Assembly: GCA_965140615.1 (NCBI GenBank) | Contig: OZ223280.1 | Location: 72,450 to 136,449 of the forward strand | DNA length: 64,000 bases | Origin: Candidatus Cloacimonadales bacterium | GTDB lineage: Bacteria; Cloacimonadota; Cloacimonadia; G963667145 | Direction of reading: 5' to 3' | Part shown: positions 60,232 through 64,000 of the stretch, in pieces | Layout: each line of letters starts with the position of its first letter | How positions within the stretch are numbered: the stretch's first letter is position 1 | Translations under genes and position numbers: made by a program | Notes under the pieces: generated by a model | Database searches by the model: none | The model's input: the letters and a program-made list of their open reading frames with translations, nothing else | What the model was told of the DNA's origin: nothing

Positions 60232-60945
60232 TTATTCACTTTCCTCTTGCGAGCCTATCAAAAATCTTCCACAATTTTCACAAACTTTCGGTTCTGTCGC
60301 CGACTCAAGTTCCAAAAGAAGTTGCGGTCTAAGACGAAAACCACACTCACTACAAGCCTCTTTTTGAGCAAAAGCAACAGCTTTGCGATTTTTCTTTTTT
60401 ATCAACAAAACATACTGCTTCACTAGGCTTAAAGGCATATCTTGGGCAATTGCGTTTCGTTGGGCTCTTTTTTCTTCTATCTGCTTTTTTACAGCTTCTA
60501 TCTTAGATTTAATCTCCAACTCGCCACCTTGCAACGCCTGCTGACTCTTATCGCATTGTGCTTGCAACTCTTGCAGCCTCTCCTGCAAAACCTTCTCTTG
60601 CTCCATAAACTTCAAATCTTTCTCTTCTATGTCGCTGTTCTTGCTACTAAGCAACGCTATCTCGCTATTGAGGGCTTTGTACTCTTTATTGTTGGTTACA
60701 CTGTTTAATTGTTGCTTATACTTCTGAATCAGCTGGTTGTTAGTCTGAACATCCAGTTCCATCTTCTTTTGCGTCTCTTTGCACGCGTTTAGCTCCTCTT
60801 GTAATTTTTGCAAGCTCTCTTCATTCTGTGCCACGGTCTTCTTCAAACCTCTTAGCTCTTCTGGCAAATGACCAGACTCTTTCAAAAAAACAGTAATCTG
60901 GTCATCAATAGCCTGCATCTGATTCAACTTTTGCGATAGGTTCAT
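60232..60945 (-). CDS. coiled-coil protein with C-terminal C4 zinc-ribbon (COG1579/DUF164-like)
   Basis: 237 aa; long coiled-coil followed by CSECGFRL...CENCGRFL zinc ribbon. Confidence 0.65.
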   Translation of the reverse strand: MNLSQKLNQMQAIDDQITVFLKESGHLPEELRGLKKTVAQNEESLQKLQEELNACKETQKKMELDVQTNNQLIQKYKQQLNSVTNNKEYKALNSEIALLSSKNSDIEEKDLKFMEQEKVLQERLQELQAQCDKSQQALQGGELEIKSKIEAVKKQIEEKRAQRNAIAQDMPLSLVKQYVLLIKKKNRKAVAFAQKEACSECGFRLRPQLLLELESATEPKVCENCGRFLIGSQEESE

Positions 60946-61231
60946 CCAAATATCCCTCTATAAATTAAAATTCATTTCTATAAAAAAATCTAACTGCTAA
61001 ACTTGTGCGAAGATTTCAAAATGGAAATTTGTTTGTCGGTAGTTGATGTCAACACATTTAAGATATTTTTTACAAAAATTCGCAAAACTAATTATTTTCC
61101 TTTTTTTAGTCCTATGACTGAACTAACTGAGAATTTTAGAGCTTTTAAAAGTTTGACAACTATAAGCTTTTAAGATTACTGACAATCAAGAAAATTGATA
61201 TTCTAAAAGCTTTATATTTTAAGGAGATAAT

Positions 61232-62695
61232 ATGTTTACAGACAATGGAAGTATCTATTTCACTTTTACCCTCTATTTTGTAGCTATGCTTTTTATCGGA
61301 TTACACTTTTATCGCAAGACGGCAAGTTTGTCGGACTATGTACTAGGTGGTCGCTCGCTGGGTCCTTGGGTGGGCGCTCTTTCGGCTTGTGCTTCGGATA
61401 TGAGCGGATGGCTCTTGATGGGGTTACCGGGCTCTGTCTATCGCTATGGACTTGGCAGTGCTTTCTGGATGGCTCTCGGTCTTGCTTTGGGCACTTGGTG
61501 CAACTGGCAGTTCGTTGCCAAAAGACTTCGCCGCTTCACCGAGTTCGCCGACGATGCCCTTACTATTTCCGAATATTTGGAAGTCCGATTTAACGACAAA
61601 ACCAAAATTTTGCGATTCTTATCGGGAGCTTTTATCATCATCTTTTTCATCTTTTACACCGCTTCTGGTTTCGTGGCTGGTGCTAAACTTTTTACCACTG
61701 TTTTTAATATTTCCTACTTTTACTCTTTGCTCATTGCTGTGGTTGTCATCATTAGCTACACTTTCTTAGGCGGATTTTTAGCCGTTTCGTGGACAGATTT
61801 CTTCCAAGGTCTATTAATGTTTTTTGCGATTTGCTTCGTCTGCGTTTTCGGGTTCACACTCATAAAAAACAACCCCGCTATTATAAAAAGCCACTTACCA
61901 CTGTTTAGCGTTTTCAAAACAAACGACAAGGTCGGACTCTTGGCTATTCTCTCCTCTATGGCTTGGGGGCTTGGTTATTTCGGGCAGCCGCACATCCTCA
62001 CCCGCTTTATGGGTCTCAGGTCGACAAAAGATATTCGTCCTGCCCGAGTCATCGCTGTGAGCTGGACAGTAATATGTCTTTGTGCTGCCATCTTGGTTGG
62101 GCTTATCGGCTATGCTCATACCTCTATCGCTGGCACACCAGCTGGATTTGACCCAGAGAAAATTTTTATGCTCCTTATCGAGGTGTTTTTTCATCCCCTG
62201 ATTGCGGGCATTATGCTGGCAGCTATCTTGGCTGCTGTGATGAGCACTGCCGACTCTCAGCTGATTGTGGTAGCTTCCTCTTTTACAGAAGATTTTTATA
62301 AGTTTTTCATCAAGCGAAACATCAGTGAAAAAGAACTGGTCTACATAAGCAGAATTACTGTCGTGGCTGTGGCAATATTGGCAGGGGTTCTAGCTTCCGA
62401 CCAAAACTCAAGCGTGCTAGATTTGGTCTCATACGCTTGGGCAGGCTTTGGTGCTGCTTTTGGTCCTGTGATACTTTTCAGCCTCTTTTGGAAAAGAATG
62501 ACTCGCAGTGCTGCCATCAGCGGGATGATCAGCGGAGGTCTGACCATCATTGTCTGGAAAAACTGGCTACACGGTGGAATTTTTGACCTTTATGAACTAC
62601 TGCCCGGGTTTATCCTCGCCAGCTTGGTGATCGTGTTTGTCTCGCTACGAGGAAGGATGCCAGAGGACACCGTTACGGCTATTTTTGACAAATAA
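61232..62695 (+). CDS. putP: sodium:solute symporter (SSS family, PutP-like sodium/proline symporter)
   Basis: 487 aa; about 13 TM helices; SSS N-terminal consensus (LGGRSLGPWVGALSACASDMSGWLLMGLPG). Confidence 0.8.
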   Translation: MFTDNGSIYFTFTLYFVAMLFIGLHFYRKTASLSDYVLGGRSLGPWVGALSACASDMSGWLLMGLPGSVYRYGLGSAFWMALGLALGTWCNWQFVAKRLRRFTEFADDALTISEYLEVRFNDKTKILRFLSGAFIIIFFIFYTASGFVAGAKLFTTVFNISYFYSLLIAVVVIISYTFLGGFLAVSWTDFFQGLLMFFAICFVCVFGFTLIKNNPAIIKSHLPLFSVFKTNDKVGLLAILSSMAWGLGYFGQPHILTRFMGLRSTKDIRPARVIAVSWTVICLCAAILVGLIGYAHTSIAGTPAGFDPEKIFMLLIEVFFHPLIAGIMLAAILAAVMSTADSQLIVVASSFTEDFYKFFIKRNISEKELVYISRITVVAVAILAGVLASDQNSSVLDLVSYAWAGFGAAFGPVILFSLFWKRMTRSAAISGMISGGLTIIVWKNWLHGGIFDLYELLPGFILASLVIVFVSLRGRMPEDTVTAIFDK

Positions 62696-62718
62696 TTTCA
62701 ATTTAAGGAGCTTTTAAA

Positions 62719-63324
62719 ATGAACTACTTTACCATCGCCATAAAAGGCGGATATATTATGATAATTTTGGCTATTTTGTCTGTCGTAGCTTTAGCCATAA
62801 TTATCGAGAAGTTTTTACACCTAAAAAAAATCAAAAGAGAAAAAAAAGATTTTTTGATTGAGTTTGAAAAAGCAACCAAGGACAACGACATAAAGCGAGC
62901 AGAACAACTTTGCCAAGCGGTGGACACCATCCCTATTGCCAGAGTCTATGCCACTATCTTAAAATCTAAACAAAACAAGCAAGAAAATCTGGAGCAAGCT
63001 ATCTCTTACGGAGTGCAAAAAGAGTTACATTTTATGGAAAAAGGTCTCGGCACGCTTTCCACCGTGGCAGCCGTCGGACCGCTTTTTGGATTTATGGGTA
63101 CAGTGCTAGGTATGATAAAAGTTTTTATGAAGATACAGCAAACCGCAGGGGGAGTAGATATTGCACTCTTGGCAGGTGGTATCTGGGAAGCCCTGATTAC
63201 CACCGTCGCTGGACTCGTTGTCGGCATTTTGGCTCTAAGCTTTTATAATCTGCTTATCGACAAGCTGGACTACGAAGCAGTAGATTTGCAAGAAAAGGCA
63301 AATCAAATAGTTGGGGAGTTTTAA
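62719..63324 (+). CDS. exbB: MotA/TolQ/ExbB proton-channel family protein
   Basis: 201 aa; 3 TM helices; conserved C-terminal region GPLFGFMGTVLGMIKVF...ALITTVAGLVVGI. Confidence 0.8.
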   Translation: MNYFTIAIKGGYIMIILAILSVVALAIIIEKFLHLKKIKREKKDFLIEFEKATKDNDIKRAEQLCQAVDTIPIARVYATILKSKQNKQENLEQAISYGVQKELHFMEKGLGTLSTVAAVGPLFGFMGTVLGMIKVFMKIQQTAGGVDIALLAGGIWEALITTVAGLVVGILALSFYNLLIDKLDYEAVDLQEKANQIVGEF

Positions 63325-63330
63325 AGCTTT

Positions 63331-63735
63331 ATGGCTCTAAAGAAAAAAAGGATTACTTCAGTCGCCCTCATCTCCTTTACAGACATTATTATGCTTCTTC
63401 TGATTTTCATCTTGGTATCCTCTAGCTTCATTACTTATTCAGGCATCAAGGTTAACTTGCCCGACGCCTCTGGTAACCAAAGTGATTACACGAACAACAT
63501 TTTTATCAGCATCAATCAAAAAGGTGAAGTGTACCTCGACCAGTACAAAATAGATTTGGACGATTTGCCGGGACTCTTGAGGGAAAAGTTAGAAAAAGTA
63601 CAATCGGGAAAAATTGTTGTGGTGCAAGCAGATAAAAATCTGGAGTTCCAAAAAATAGTGCAGGTAATGGATGTAGCCAAACTCTCGGGTGCGACCAAAT
63701 TTTGCCTAGCTACCCGCAATATAGGTATCGATTAA
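63331..63735 (+). CDS. exbD: ExbD/TolR biopolymer transport protein
   Basis: 134 aa; single N-terminal TM (FTDIIMLLLIFILV) plus periplasmic domain; follows exbB. Confidence 0.8.
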   Translation: MALKKKRITSVALISFTDIIMLLLIFILVSSSFITYSGIKVNLPDASGNQSDYTNNIFISINQKGEVYLDQYKIDLDDLPGLLREKLEKVQSGKIVVVQADKNLEFQKIVQVMDVAKLSGATKFCLATRNIGID

Positions 63736-63747
63736 TCTGGCAAAAGT

Positions 63748-64000
63748 ATGAACGACAGAAAATTAAGTTACTTAATATCTTGGGCTTTACACCTTTTTGT
63801 GGTTGCACTGTTTTTGTTTTTTAACTACGAAACTCCTCTGCATAATATCCCCCGCAAATATCAAATTGTAGGCATTTACTCTGGCGATGTAGGTGGCAAA
63901 AAAAGCGTCAAAAAAGGGCTTGCAAACAGCTATGTCCCCAAGAAAATCGAGCTACCAAAAAGTATCAGCAAATCTTTGTCCAAAAAAATAAACAGCTCTC
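63748..64000 (+). CDS. partial ORF (runs past the window end): TonB/TolA-like membrane-anchored protein, N-terminal fragment
   Basis: ATG at 63748; hydrophobic anchor (LISWALHLFVVALFLFF) then a K/S-rich region; sits after exbBD as tonB/tolA usually do. Confidence 0.3.
   Translation, partial: MNDRKLSYLISWALHLFVVALFLFFNYETPLHNIPRKYQIVGIYSGDVGGKKSVKKGLANSYVPKKIELPKSISKSLSKKINSS

Noticed and set aside
59744-60332. ORFs of 108 aa (59744-60070, +), 144 aa (59898-60332, +) and 61 aa (59875-60060, -) in the recJ to zinc-ribbon spacer
   Set aside because: They lie entirely over the RNase P RNA gene. They have no RBS and odd composition. They are explained by the structured, GC-elevated ncRNA.
61021-61173. 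49-aa ORF (MEICLSVVDV...) in the 286-bp spacer upstream of putP
   Set aside because: No Shine-Dalgarno sequence. The region is AT-rich promoter-like sequence and the residue composition looks like translated low-complexity DNA. It is likely the putP promoter/leader region.

Overview
This is a 64 kb stretch of a low-GC (about 40%) bacterial chromosome, and almost all of it is tightly packed housekeeping genes. Positions 1-10952 carry a division/cell-wall (dcw) cluster on the minus strand, in the order mraZ, rsmH, ftsL, ftsI, a fused murE-murF, mraY, murD, ftsW, murG. A second minus-strand block runs from 12580 to 19873: murA, trmL, a NuoF/HndC-like flavoprotein, an archaeal-type proS, lepB, thrC and a small membrane ORF. 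Plus-strand genes at 24321-30238 are dapF, an uncharacterised radical SAM protein, rel/spoT, a standalone PASTA protein and pepP. The rest includes mfd, an ABC-F ATPase, a RicT/PSP1 protein, a spoVG plus glmU-like pair, nif3, moeA, a modE-like gene with modABC, an M48 protease, gatB, an OMP-like ORF, secDF, a split atpD-atpC pair, yebC, tryptophanase/tyrosine phenol-lyase, hldD, lnt, recJ, putP and exbBD. One clear accessory island lies at about 19.9-24.2 kb. Two near-identical 1221-bp IS481-family-like insertion sequences sit in direct orientation around an NCS2 nucleobase permease gene and a tRNA-Val(GAC) gene, with a 15-bp direct repeat at the outer junctions. This looks like a composite transposon that inserted as a unit between the thrC operon and dapF. 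The ORF track misses a bacterial type-A RNase P RNA gene (rnpB, minus strand, about 59815-60220) and covers it with spurious ORFs. Lnt, HldD, ExbBD and a beta-barrel-like OMP suggest a diderm cell. SpoVG, RicT and PASTA-bearing FtsI are more typical of Firmicutes, so the lineage cannot be fixed from sequence alone. I found no CRISPR array, defence island or other obviously novel multi-gene system. The candidates for new biology are single genes and local oddities, listed in the findings.
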